A stretch of 64,000 nt of DNA from Strigamia acuminata. Its lineage: Eukaryota. Each line of letters opens with the position of its first letter. The stretch's first letter is position 1. The position numbers and the translations under genes were made by a program. Positions 42,988 to 55,100 of the stretch are shown piece by piece. The stretch lies in contig OX442314.1 of assembly GCA_949358305.1 (NCBI GenBank), forward strand, positions 8,804,001 to 8,868,000. The letters are read 5' to 3'. Under the pieces are notes generated by a model. The model saw only the letters and a list, made by a program, of their open reading frames with translations, was not told the DNA's origin and made no database searches.

Positions 42988-44994
42988 ATGGTCCGAGTGG
43001 CCGTCATTGGATGCGGACTTCTCGGAGTAAACATTGCCGGTATATTTCCCTCAAATTTATTCCCTTTAAACTTAAAAATTCCGTTATTTTTTTTCAAATT
43101 TAAATTCCAGGCGAATTAGCGTACCATGGCCACCACGTTAAAATCCACGACAACGAATCACCAGCACTGGACAAAGTTCCCGAGAGACTCAAACACGAGA
43201 AACGAATGTTGGAAACCGAAGGCATTTCCTTCGATTTTAGCGTAAATTCATTCCTAAATCAAAATTAACCTCTAGTTTAGGCGCCAACTTTGAAAAATAA
43301 AATGGCACCACTATTTTCCCATACATTTGCACGTTAATTTGTAAATTATTTCGTAAATTAAAATATATTGTAGTGCAAACACGACAAAAGCAATTTTAAT
43401 GTCTCTCAGCCCGTAAATTTTGAGTTTATCGCAATTTTTGCTCAATTTTATTTCCTACAGGGTCCAGTTTACTGCCTGGGAAAATTAGAAGAAACCGTTA
43501 AAGACGTGGATTTCATTTTCGAGGCCGTCAACGACAATCTAGAAGTGAAAAAAGACATTTTTGAACGTAAAAAAGTATTGAAAAAATCAGAATTTAATTT
43601 AAATTTTCTTGTTTATTTTTTTTCCTAGGGATTTCTCACTGCTGCAGTGATGGCGCAATCATCGCCAGCAATTCGTTGAAACATGACGTGACAGATATAA
43701 GCGAAAGGACCGCGAATAAACAAGTTGAGTATGAGCGTAACGCATTGGAATGAAGTTTGTAATTTGTGCAATAATAATCATCTTTGATTGCTATCCAGCG
43801 TGTTATCGGTGTGCGTTTCCTGTACCCCGTGTACTGCATTCCGGAAGTCGAGATCTCCATGGGAAAAGACACATCCGTGCACACCTTGGACAAAGGTGCG
43901 CAAATATAGAAAGGAATGTTCGAAAAAATGCATTTTTATTCATTTATTTTTTGTCCATTTTACAATATAATATATAAAAGTACTCCGTATTTTCATTTAA
44001 AAAAATCTTACGTTTAAAATGGCGACCGGATGTAGATGCGTCGCACGTGACCGGAAACCCAAAATAAACATGGCGCCCGATGTTAATACTCGGTTTTAAC
44101 AATTTGTCGAGTTTATGAAAGTTTTTAACAGTTTCCGACGTGAATTTTTGAGTTTTTTTCATTAAAAATTAACATTTCTTCGTGATTTTGATTTGCAACA
44201 GTCCTTGCTTTGAGAATTTCTAACGACAGACCGATACCATTGCATTTACGTTGTAAAAACATTTAAAATTGTAATTTTTCGAGCATTTGGGCACCCAAAA
44301 ACGATATAAAGTCATAAATCGTGATGGAATGTGGTTAAAATAGCTTTGTGTGAATTGTTTTGACTGAATAAATTTTCTTTTTCAGTTCAGAAATTTCTGC
44401 AACGGATGGGAAAGACAATTTTTTTCCGCTCGGGCCCCACGCCTTTAATTCTGTCTGAAAGTCAAAGGGAGGAGAGAAAATGTGGTAAGGAATTGGCAAA
44501 CAACCCGTTCTCCTTTGCCTACCGGCACGTTTAATAAATGGAAATAATAACAATAAAAATAGACATAAAAAAAAAATAAAAAAATTGATTTGACTAGTAC
44601 AGTAAGACCACACTGTTTGACTCACCTACTGATTGTCAGACCCAGTTTCAACCTGAAATTAAAACAATAGAGAGAGTGTCCTTGTAAATTGATTACATGC
44701 CAAATAAATGGCGACACTAAACACTATTGTGTTTTCTATTAATCATAAAATCAATTATTTTTGATGCCGTGAAATTCAATCACAGGTTTTCGCATTTGAA
44801 TCGAACTTGGTTGCCTCCATTTTGTTTTGTGTTTGACAAGTCTCAAAATCGCTTACCGAAATCGCAAAATCACCTTTTGCTTGATTTTTTGATTTTTCGT
44901 TTTTACTCTTTGGTGTTTTCTCAATAATGCGCGTGATTGGTGGAACTGATATCACGTGACAAATCCAAAAGTGCAAAATTACAAAATTGCCTAT

Positions 44995-45025
<31 letters not shown>

Positions 45026-46472
45026 TTTTCTAGCAAGAATAGAACAAATCAGGCTGAACAGACGTTTAGGCGGGCGCACGAAATATTTTCTACCGGAACT
45101 GGCCCATTTGGGGAATTTTGCACCGGACAGAGATGACTTAACAAGTAAGTTAACCTTTTAACCAATTCTACATTTTAACTAATAGTGCCACCTGGTGTGA
45201 TAAACTGTCATGTCAGCCATTTTATCTATTATTTTTTTCCATCTAACAACAATTATTACAAAAATAAGCAAAAACCAGCTAAATACTTGACCAGAAATCT
45301 GAGTTTTGTGTTAATTTAAGCAATTCTAAGATGACAGCTGCTTGAAACAATTAATTTTAATTATTCCAAAAGCACATTCACCTACTTTTACAAGGCTTGA
45401 ATAATTTATCTCAAGTCATTGCATACCATAATGTCACTCGGAAAAAAAAATGAAGGATAGATTCAGCTCCTTGTTTAGTCAGATTGTATAATGAGCTTAG
45501 TTTGTGACATCACATAAATGCAATTTGCATTCTTATTAAACTAGCACTTAACAGTTAATAACACCTGTCTGCTCAGTCCTTAGGTTCTTCAGCAGCTAAA
45601 CATTACAGAATAAACAGCTCTTGGGTGACCTTTACACACTCATGTTAAAATTCAAAAGCAAAGAAGAAAATTAGCATATTCAGGGTTAACAAGTTAACTT
45701 CCTGCCAAGTGCCAAAACATCTTCCATGTCTTTTGACAGGGGAAAATGCCTATTGATAAGTAAAAGAATCCTGGTCTTTGTTCACATCTTCGTATCTCAA
45801 AGACGAAAGGTCCGTCTGATTAGTTGTCCCAATTGCAGGATGGGATTCGGAAAGATTTAGATGATTATTTTAATAAAAAAGTGGAAAATATTTTAACTTT
45901 TGTTCAGTTTTCGACAAAAAATTCAAAATTTTTATAAAATGTAAAGATTCGGGATTCGGGGATTCCGAACGGGATTCGAAAGCCCATGTCAGAGATTCGG
46001 TTGAATGTCGTACCCCTTATAAAAATGGATTGATTGGCCATAGAACACCATGTTAAAATATTTTGATATAACGAACTTCCGTTCTAAGTTCCAACGAACC
46101 GATTTCTCGGGTTTCTTAGTTATAACGAGGCTTGACCGCACATTTTAGCATGCTATTGGTTTGCAAATGATGATACAATATCTTACAAATTAACGATGTA
46201 ACTCTGTTGTGTTGTTTAATAAAAATGAAGATGAGTGTATGAATATATGAAAGCCTCCATTGCATGTTTGGCCCTTTGTTTCAGACGCAAACCGATCCAA
46301 TGCCGACAACGAGTGCGCCGTTTGCATGGACCACATTCGGGACTGCGTGTTCAACCCGTGTCACCACCTGAGCACCTGTGTCAAATGCGGCCATTTGCTT
46401 CTGAGCAGGGGCGAAGGTTGTCCCATCTGCCGCAAAGACATTGTCGAAATCATTCGGATTTTTCATCCTTGA
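42988..46472 (+). CDS. 3-hydroxyacyl-CoA dehydrogenase-like NAD-binding domain fused to a C-terminal RING-HC finger, ~292 aa (putative pseudoenzyme E3 ligase)
   Basis: 8 phase-consistent exons: 42988-43039, 43111-43241, 43461-43566, 43629-43723, 43799-43895, 44386-44484, 45034-45144, 46285-46472. MVRVAVIGCGLLG (GxGxxG), VKIHD, DFIFEAVNDNLEVKKDIF, IIASNSL, RVIGVRFLYP, EVEI, MGKT; then CAVCMDHIRDCVFNPCHHLSTCVKC..CPICRKDIVEIIRIFHP*. Confidence 0.9.
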
Positions 46473-46808
46473 AAATTGGAATTTGAAGAAAATAATTATC
46501 TTTTTGTTGTTAATTTTTTTTCTTTAAAAAAGCCGGAAGTTCACCTTGGCTAGCCACATAAAAGTTCGTTGTGTTTACAACCTGCGCGTGTAAAATATCA
46601 ATCGTTCCTCCTCCTTGAGCCGTTCTGCTCCTAGCCTCGTTTAATAATTCCTGGCTCGTAAATTTTGCTTTCATCCCTTTTTTTTAATTTATTTTTTTTT
46701 TCCTCGGCTGGCGGTGAACATACGGAAGAGCCGCATTCTTGCCTTGGACTTTTGTACTTAATTTCTCACATGATGAATTTTACTTTTATGGGAAAGTGAA
46801 CAGGTAAA

Positions 46809-47307
46809 CAGGGTTTGACCGATACCATAATTATCCGATATCAGCCGATACTGATATTGTCCGGTTAATATCGGCTGATACCGATAACTATTTTTATGGT
46901 ATTTGTGGTATACCGAGGTGCGGTAATTTTGCCATTTACCCTTTATTGTCAAACTCTATTTTTAATTATCTAAACACAGTAGATCCAAAAATAACTTAAT
47001 AACTGAAATTAGATTCAAAATAAATTCAAAACTAATTGAATGAAGTGGGACACTTAGACACATCTATTGCTGCAGCGGCCATCTTTGTTGGGGTAAAAAA
47101 TGACCCGGGTTGGGTTAGTATTAATTTTTTTTAGGTTTGTACTGCTAGGATTAATACAACAGGTTTAAACAATTTAATTTTACTGCAATTAATTATTTTG
47201 TTTTTAAAAAATGTGATCTTCTAAAAATAATTTAAAAAAATGGTGCAAAGTTTGTGCGATTTTTTTTCTTTTACCGATATTGATATCGGTATCGGTATCG
47301 ACAGCTA
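46809..47307. mobile_element. Degenerate CCGATA-rich hAT-like MITE in the presumed 3' UTR
   Basis: CAGGGTTTGACCGATA start with CCGATA/TATCGG subterminal repeats at both ends, similar to the 57030-57454 element. No clean TSD. Confidence 0.45.
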
Positions 47308-47536
47308 TTTTGTTTTTCTTAATAAGTGCAATGTATTGTGGGTAATTAATGAGCAAATTTCACTAAATCATGTAATATTTATTCCCATGAATGTTTGTGT
47401 GTGTATTTTATGGTATTTTAACACATGTTCTACTTTCTGAACAGGTTTGTGAATGACTTTAAACTTTCATTGCAGTGTTCCTTTAAAAAAAAATTTTACT
47501 TTGTTTTTCATGCCCCTGGTGAGCAAACTTAAAATC

Positions 47537-47562
47537 AATAAAGTTTCAAATAACATTTTATT
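47537..47562. terminator. Opposed polyadenylation signals of convergent genes
   Basis: AATAAA on + at 47537-47542 and on - at 47562-47557, where T-rich sequence switches to A-rich. Confidence 0.5.
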
Positions 47563-49122
47563 TCATTAAAGTGTTTTACAAAAAAAAATTATAAGATTAA
47601 TTCCGATTAGTACCAGAACCTATTTCACAACAACATTAGAAGAAACAAAACAAAAAAAAATTCAAAATTTAAAAGATCGAAATCAAAACCGGTGAAATTT
47701 GTTATAAACTGTACAATTAAAACTAGGATTAAGTAAGAATAATGTAAACTATATACTGACTTGATGAAAGAGGATCCCCATAAATTAAAATTATAAAAAC
47801 AATGAGACAACATTAAATTAAAATGAAAAAAAAAATTAGAAGAAAACAAAATATTCTACAATTAATTCAAAAATGCCAAAAAAATTTGAGCAAAAAGTGT
47901 TCATCTTTCTTCCTAAGAAAACATAAGCCTGAGGATTACAATAATGTTACAACTGGATATTTTTATTGTTTTAAATTTGATTCATCTACTGACTTGATTT
48001 GTGAGTATCTTGAGCTTTTTTTTCCCTAAACAATACTGCAATAACAAACAATATTATTTTGATTCTTTCACTAACAACAATACCTTAAAAGTGTCAAAAA
48101 CTTGATGGCAACAATCACAAAATTATTTTTCCCAACAAATAACTCCACTCAAAATCCACTGTTGAAAACTCAACAACTGGTTTTTAACAATCAATTTCAT
48201 TGCATCATCAACAACAATAACAAAACAGATTTACTAATGCAACAATAATTTTTCAACAATCGGTTCGTGGCATTCTTCAACTGCATTTTCACCATTGTCT
48301 GAACATGCCAAAAGTCATTTTTATATTTTCTAAACAATAAACCACTTGTGGCCATTGTAAATAATCAACATTTTACAAACAATTCTTTACAAAAAACAAA
48401 ACATTCAAAACAGCAAATTGTTAGAAAGTTATTCAATCAACTCTGTTGAAGATTATAAAAAAATATGCCTAAAAACATCGTCAGCACTAGAGCAAAGGAC
48501 GGATAAGTGCCATAGTTATTCACACAATTGACAAAACAAATGCCCATTTTCAAATGTAGGACTTGAAGAATAATCGCTTGATTTTTATAAACCGTCGACT
48601 GTTTTTACGATTTTCCTGCTTAATCAGTTACTGGAAATATTTATCTAAACAATACGATTGGACAGGTAGATACACACAACACTGGCCAAAATATCTTCAC
48701 ATGCTCTTTTGCTGCTTCAGCTCTGAATGAGAAGTTCATGTTTCTGCCACCAGTGGGTTATGGAAATACATCATGTAGTACATTAATTACCTAAAAATCT
48801 AAACTTTTGATGTCATTGTTATCAACGCAAACACGGCATCAAAACACTGATGGGTTTTAATGTTCTTTTAATATCCACAAAATTGTTGAACACTATAGGT
48901 AAGTCCACAACTGCATTCAGAGCTAAAGAATTACGAGAAAGCGTGAAGATTTTTTTGGGTAAAGGTGTACATTCTTTGTGGAAGATATGGAATGTGGAAT
49001 TTCCTAATGTTTCTCTTACAGTCTTTGTCATCGGAGACTTCCTACGACATCTTCTTAGAACAAAATTACAATTTATTGATTCCAATTCCAATTTCCTCTT
49101 GGAAACAGATGCACCTGGTGTT

Positions 49123-52100
49123 TTATTGTGGTGGTTGCAAAGTCGGCGGCGGAGATTCCAGTCCTGAATCACCGACGACCGGCATCACCAACTGCGGGCC
49201 GGATATGAAGACCGTCTTGGCCAAAACCGTTTGGCCGCTCTGTGAAGTGACTGAATAAGCGTCCACATCCCCAGTAGAATTTTTCCCCTCGTTATTCACC
49301 GTCACATGCATCGTCGTCACTGTAACATTGTCGTGGTGATCGTAACCAGAAGTCGACCCGTTGTGCTCTCCGTTCTCTTCGTGCTGGGTCTTAGGGCGGA
49401 CATCCTTGTTTGGAGACGGCGTTCTCGACAGTTCCCTCGTGCTGATGATCGGCGGGATTATTGGAATCGTAATAGTAGGACTGCGCGCTGGACTAATAGC
49501 CACCAAGCCAGAGTTTGGCCTCAGATTGGTCACCGATGCCGTTGTTGTCGCCACAACTTCTTCGTCGCTTTCGGAATCATCGTAGGTCTTAATGGATGGA
49601 TCTATCGACAACATATGTCGCTTCGGTTTCATCGGCTCGTTTTCGATGCTGTCTTCAGACAAGGAAGAACTCGACATCGAAGAGCTTCTGTTCAGAGGCA
49701 CGGCTATCAGAGTTACATCATTGTTCACCTCATTCTGCTTCTCCAAGTACTTCTCTATCTTGCCCCTATCGAGGTTCTCCTTCACCCACTTCTCCAAACC
49801 AGAGGATATCTCTAGTTTCTCTTTGTTAGCTGCTTCCTGTGATGTCTTTGTGAAATAAGTGCTGAAGAGCTGTTGATCGCTCGACTTATCGGCCTCTTCC
49901 AATTCGTCGGAATTGTTCAACTCCATAGAGACAGCCCTCTCCAAAGGAAGAGACTTAGTGTCTTCGATCTTCGTCAAGTCGTCCAACGAAGCCGTTCGTC
50001 TGGATGAAGTTGCTTTGTCACTACCGGATCCTGTCTGGATCAATCCGCTCCGGGGTATGGAGTTAAACCGTTCATCCCCACAGGCCTTATCCAAACCCTC
50101 ATCATAATTTGTCTTGATAATGGCGCTCAAGGGCAAATAGCCTCCAGCAACTTCCACCCTACTCCTTTTGGGAGATTTTGGTTCGGGCGAAGGACTACCG
50201 GAGTTCACCTGAACACTGGTAACATTGTTCGGCTTCAAGAAAACCACAGACTTGGAGTGGTTTTGGTCCGAAAAGGTCAAGCTCGCCTGGGATGGAATTC
50301 CCTCGACAAACGGATTGCCTACACCACCCTCGATTTCCGTTGGCGACGACGGTTGGGACGAAGGTGGTTGTGGAGCTCGTCTTTTTCCTGCTATTGGATT
50401 CCGCTTCGGCTTCAGCTTGGGTGAATTCTGCAATACCTTCTGCATCTTGGACTCAAAGTATGTTATGTTTTCGTCCAGGGAATCATCGCTGCTAGACTTC
50501 CGATTGATGTCCCCTTCAAAATCTGCCGCCGAGGGCGTTTTCAGATCAACCCGAGGCAGAATGACGGTTTTTTCCGGTTCAACTTGGTCGGCAAGGAGGT
50601 TTTCTTCACTCAATTTCCGAACAATCGTCTGCTTGATAGAACTCAAGTCCGGCTGCCGCGACAACGCTTCCGGACTTTCTTTCGCATTCTTCATTGCCTC
50701 ATCAAGACTTATCTGCACATCGTCCAAATCCATGGCTGGAATGTCAAAATTCTTCAACGTATCTTCGCTGGTTAGTTCTCGGATAAATGTACGTCTTGCG
50801 TCCGGAATGTCCACTCTGGGACCACTTCCAGCATCGACTTCGTGGATCGCATGCGGGGAATCTGCAGGAACCACACAAGGGCCTAAAACCGGCGTCACTT
50901 CATCTTCCTTTCTATCACTAGAAGCAACTGTGGACAATCCGAAGGTCGGAATTTCAATAGTCAAATCTTGCGGAGGAATGAACGCAGTGGAAGTTTGTGT
51001 CGACAATCTTCGATTTTCAGCTTGACTGTCGACAAAGGGATTGTAGTTGTTGCTTTTCACTGCATGTTTCTGCACCTCGTTGACCTCGACAGAAACTACG
51101 GTTTCGTTATTAGCCTTGTCGTGTGCAGGCACTTCACCCTCTTTGATTGGCTCCACCCTTTGGGCCACTCCAGTACCAACAACTTTGCCTCGTGGACCCA
51201 AAACCCCAACACTTAAAGAACGTTTGTTACTCCCGGTGTCACGGGATAGCTGACTCACGTCATCACTCGATTGGCTCCGGTAAACTGGGTGCGACAATAC
51301 TTCGGCGCCCACCATGCCCGTACCTGACACCGAACTTGATGTTGAGCCTCTTTTCTGATGACCAGGTAGAAATGGTGCACCTGATTGCTCAGACGTCTTC
51401 TGTATGTACAAAGTGACATCGTATGGAGATGCATAACTAAGAATAGTCAAAGCATCTTCGATGGTGATTTGGTCGAAACACACAGACACTCCCAGGATAC
51501 GATCACCTAAAACAAAAAGTGTATGTATAAGTATAAGTAGTATGACACTTAGCATAGTCAGTGCCCCATAAGTAGAATACCTATAATGCTTAAATGCTCT
51601 GAATTATGGGTACATCTGTTCACCATTTCAGTGTCATTTCTTTATCCTCGTCAGACCTAACCTTGCATTTGCACCGAGAACCGGGGAAAACCACAGAAAA
51701 CCCAGTTGGAGGCGAGTTCCATAGAAACAGTACCTTAGTCAGACCTAGGTCAATCAACTACAGGACTTCTCATCCGCCAATTTTTGAAATCTAACTTATC
51801 TCTTACAATTACGAAGGAGCCGTCTGTCGTCACAATGTGAAAACTTCTTTTGGGGAAATGGCGAGCAGCTGACATCCCGCATTTACATTTATGACGGACG
51901 TTACAACGTAGTTCAATTTTATTTAATGTTTGATTTAAAAATATCATCTAAAAATTTAATAAATACGGAGTAATTTTCAGACATTATTTTTAACTTCAAA
52001 CTACCGCTTTATAATGTCATCTAAAAATCTAAATGCGCGATGTCAGTTGTCCGCCATTTGCCCGCACAATAACGTTACTTGTGCCGCTTCGGCTGGATGG

Positions 52101-55100
52101 CGCCACGATCGCAAGACAAAATCGCATTACAGTCTAACAATTAAATTGTGCTAGATGGGAAGTCCTGTAGTTGATCGTCCTAGGTCAGACAAACGAGATT
52201 CAATTGTCATAGCCCCTGTTGAGGATAATATCTTGAAAATACAGTCGAAACTCTTTATAACGAATCGCAAGGAACCCGAAAAATCAATTCGTTATAACGA
52301 GAATTTGTTACATCGACATTATTTAACATGGTGTTCTATGGCCAGCCAACCAAACCAGCCACCTTTAGGTATTCGTTACATCGATAATTCGTTATATCGC
52401 GATTCGTTATAAAGAGTTTCGACTGTATCTAAAATCAAGAGAGATCTTTCGATCTTGCGATTATCTTTAGTGGTGTGATTTTTAGACCATATCATGCTTA
52501 GATGTGCACAATGTCAACGTCTGCACATGTATGCAAGAAGAAAGTATCAGCATGAGGCGTAAAAAGGTTATTGCTTTAACATTTGCCAGAAGATGGAGCA
52601 AAAACTCTGACTAGTCAGCAACTATTAACTGCATTGTCAGAATGACTAACAGAAAGACTCCAATAAAGCATCAACTGCATTCAAAAAGAAAGCTTGGTCA
52701 GTTAACAGCAGTGAACCACCCACAACAATAAATCAATTTTAAAGCTTTTAAAACTCCCCATTGGTCAAAATAAAAAATCAACCAAAACCTGTAAATACAT
52801 TTTCTAAGGCTCAATAATAACAATAAATAAAAAAAAATAAAGTAAACAAATAAATACAAGAAATCAGAAGAAAAAAAAATGACGCAATGCTAAAAAAAAA
52901 ATGTGCCAATATCAATGTCAAGGTAAACCTGCAGCTCTGGCCTCTTCTATGAAAAACACTGCAATCCAAGGTCACAACGTGAAAATTCCGCTAGGGGCGC
53001 TTACACTGGGTCCCGCGACCTCCAAATCAAGAAATCAGAAATGTGACAGACATAATGTTGTAATTCCAAACCATTTCATAATAAATAGAAATTTAAAAAA
53101 ATCTAAAATTTAAAATAACTTGTCAGAGATTTGACTTTTATGTTGGATAATATTCCTGAGTGTGGTTGGAGGTCCCCCTGGTGGAGAAAAAGTGATATGA
53201 TAGTTGAGAAATTGGTTTTGGAGTTAATTCTTGCTGCTTGACATGGCCAAGGGTGAAAGTGAAGAATGCTCTCTCTTCACCCCTGCAACCATAAATCTGA
53301 GGCAATGCCAAGCATGGTGTCAGAACATTGTGTATGTACTATTTAGGTGGCAGGGGGTACATGTTTTTCAAGTTTGGAGTTTAAAGGGATTGTTGGAATT
53401 TTGGGTCTTTAAGGGTTTGATTGGGAAATCAAAGTGGGGAGTAGAGTTTGGGCAGTGGTAATTAATTTTGAGGGAAAATAGTTTATTGGTGGTTTTGTGG
53501 TTTTGGAATTTTTCTGGCAAGTTTTTGCAGTTTTTCTACAGAATTTGTTCAAATTATGCTTGGTTTTCTCAAAGTTTGTTTTAATTTTCTAGTTTTTGGA
53601 CACATTTTGCAGTTTTTGAGCAAACTTTACAGTTTTGACAATTTTTGTTATTGTTTTAGAATTTTGTTTTGCAGATTTTGTTCAAATTTTGCAGTTTTCA
53701 TTCAAATTTTGCAGTTTTAATTTAAATTTTGCCAATTTCCTTCAAAATTCTGCAATTTTCACCAACATTTTGCAATTTCCCTTCAAAATTCTGCAATTTC
53801 CTTCAAATTTTGCCAATTTCCTTCAAATTTTGCCAATTTCCTTCAAATTTTTGCAAATTTCCTTCAAATTTTGCCAATTTCCTTCAAATTTTGCAATTTC
53901 CTTCAAATTTTGCCAATTTCCACCAACATTTTGCATTTTCCTTCAAAATTCTGCAATTTCCACCAACATTTTGCAATTTCCCCTTAAAATTTCGCCAATT
54001 TCATCTCCATTCTCTCTTTTCTAAATCCAACCAAGTTGAATAAACAAAATCACCCACTTTCAAAATTGAAATCCTTTGTGTAGTTGAAGGGTTATTACAC
54101 ACAACTTAATGAAACACCAATTCCTCTCAATGCCAATTACACTTTGCTGCCCTCAGGTGCAAAATCACCGCCTCAATCTCATTTATCCGGTCAAGATGAC
54201 CACATCTCAAGGTCGCCAGTCCAACTGGGCGTGGCACACAGCACCGCATCAACAAAACCGGAAGTGACGTCTCCCAAAACCATTGCACTACGCTACTCAC
54301 CAGCTTTAATTTTGCCCGATTCACTCGCGGGACCTCGGTGCAGCACGTCACGCACGTAGATGCCGTGGCGTATGTTTCCACAAATGTTGAAACCGAGGCC
54401 TGTGAAGTCACAGCCGCGCAAACTAACTTCTAATTTTTCCGGCTCCTAATCAAATAGAATAGAAAACAATAATCAGTAAACAGTAAAAGTAACTAAAGTA
54501 GGGTTTCGGTACCGGGGTACCGATTTCCCGGGGAAACCCGGTGAGAAATCACGGTACCGGGAACTGAGAATTTTGAGAAATACCGGTTTCGTCAAAAATT
54601 CGTTGCTAATTTTCGTCATTGAAACGTTTGACGAAAAATGGCTAAAAATGGCTATTTTTGACAAAAAAGACCATTTTTACCATGAAAAATGGCTAAAAAT
54701 GACCATTTTTGACAAAATACAGCCATTTTTACCACGAAAAATGGCTAAAAATGACCATTTTTGACAAAATACAGCCATTTTTGTGAATGAATTTAAACAC
54801 TGAAATAAGTAATTGCGCGATTGTTTGATTGAAAGACAAAAGAGCTTTATTGTTTGCGTGTTGTTGTCCTTGACAACAGTCTTGTACAAATGGATGATTA
54901 AAATGAGTGACATTTCTTCTTTTTCAACGTTTAAATGATTGTGGTTATTTCCGGTTGTACCAACAATTTTTACCATGAAAAATGGCTAAAAATGACCATT
55001 TTTGACAAAAAACGGCCATTTATTGTCATTTTTCGTCGCCTCTCGCCTGACTTTTTTTTAGTCTTGGGAGTACCGATTTCCCGGGAGTACCGGCCATTTC

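Noticed and set aside
42988..44484. Bacterial contamination or recent horizontal transfer of a 3-hydroxybutyryl-CoA dehydrogenase
   Set aside because: The gene has seven canonical spliceosomal introns and sits among animal genes.
50225..51025. 266-aa + strand ORF and other antisense ORFs in 49300-51400
   Set aside because: Shadows of the long - strand exon; no recognisable domain.
51507..51555. Signal-peptide-like start MLSVILLILIHTLFVL of the 810-aa ORF
   Set aside because: It is the intronic polypyrimidine/acceptor region; the PDZ continues from exon 54445-54301.
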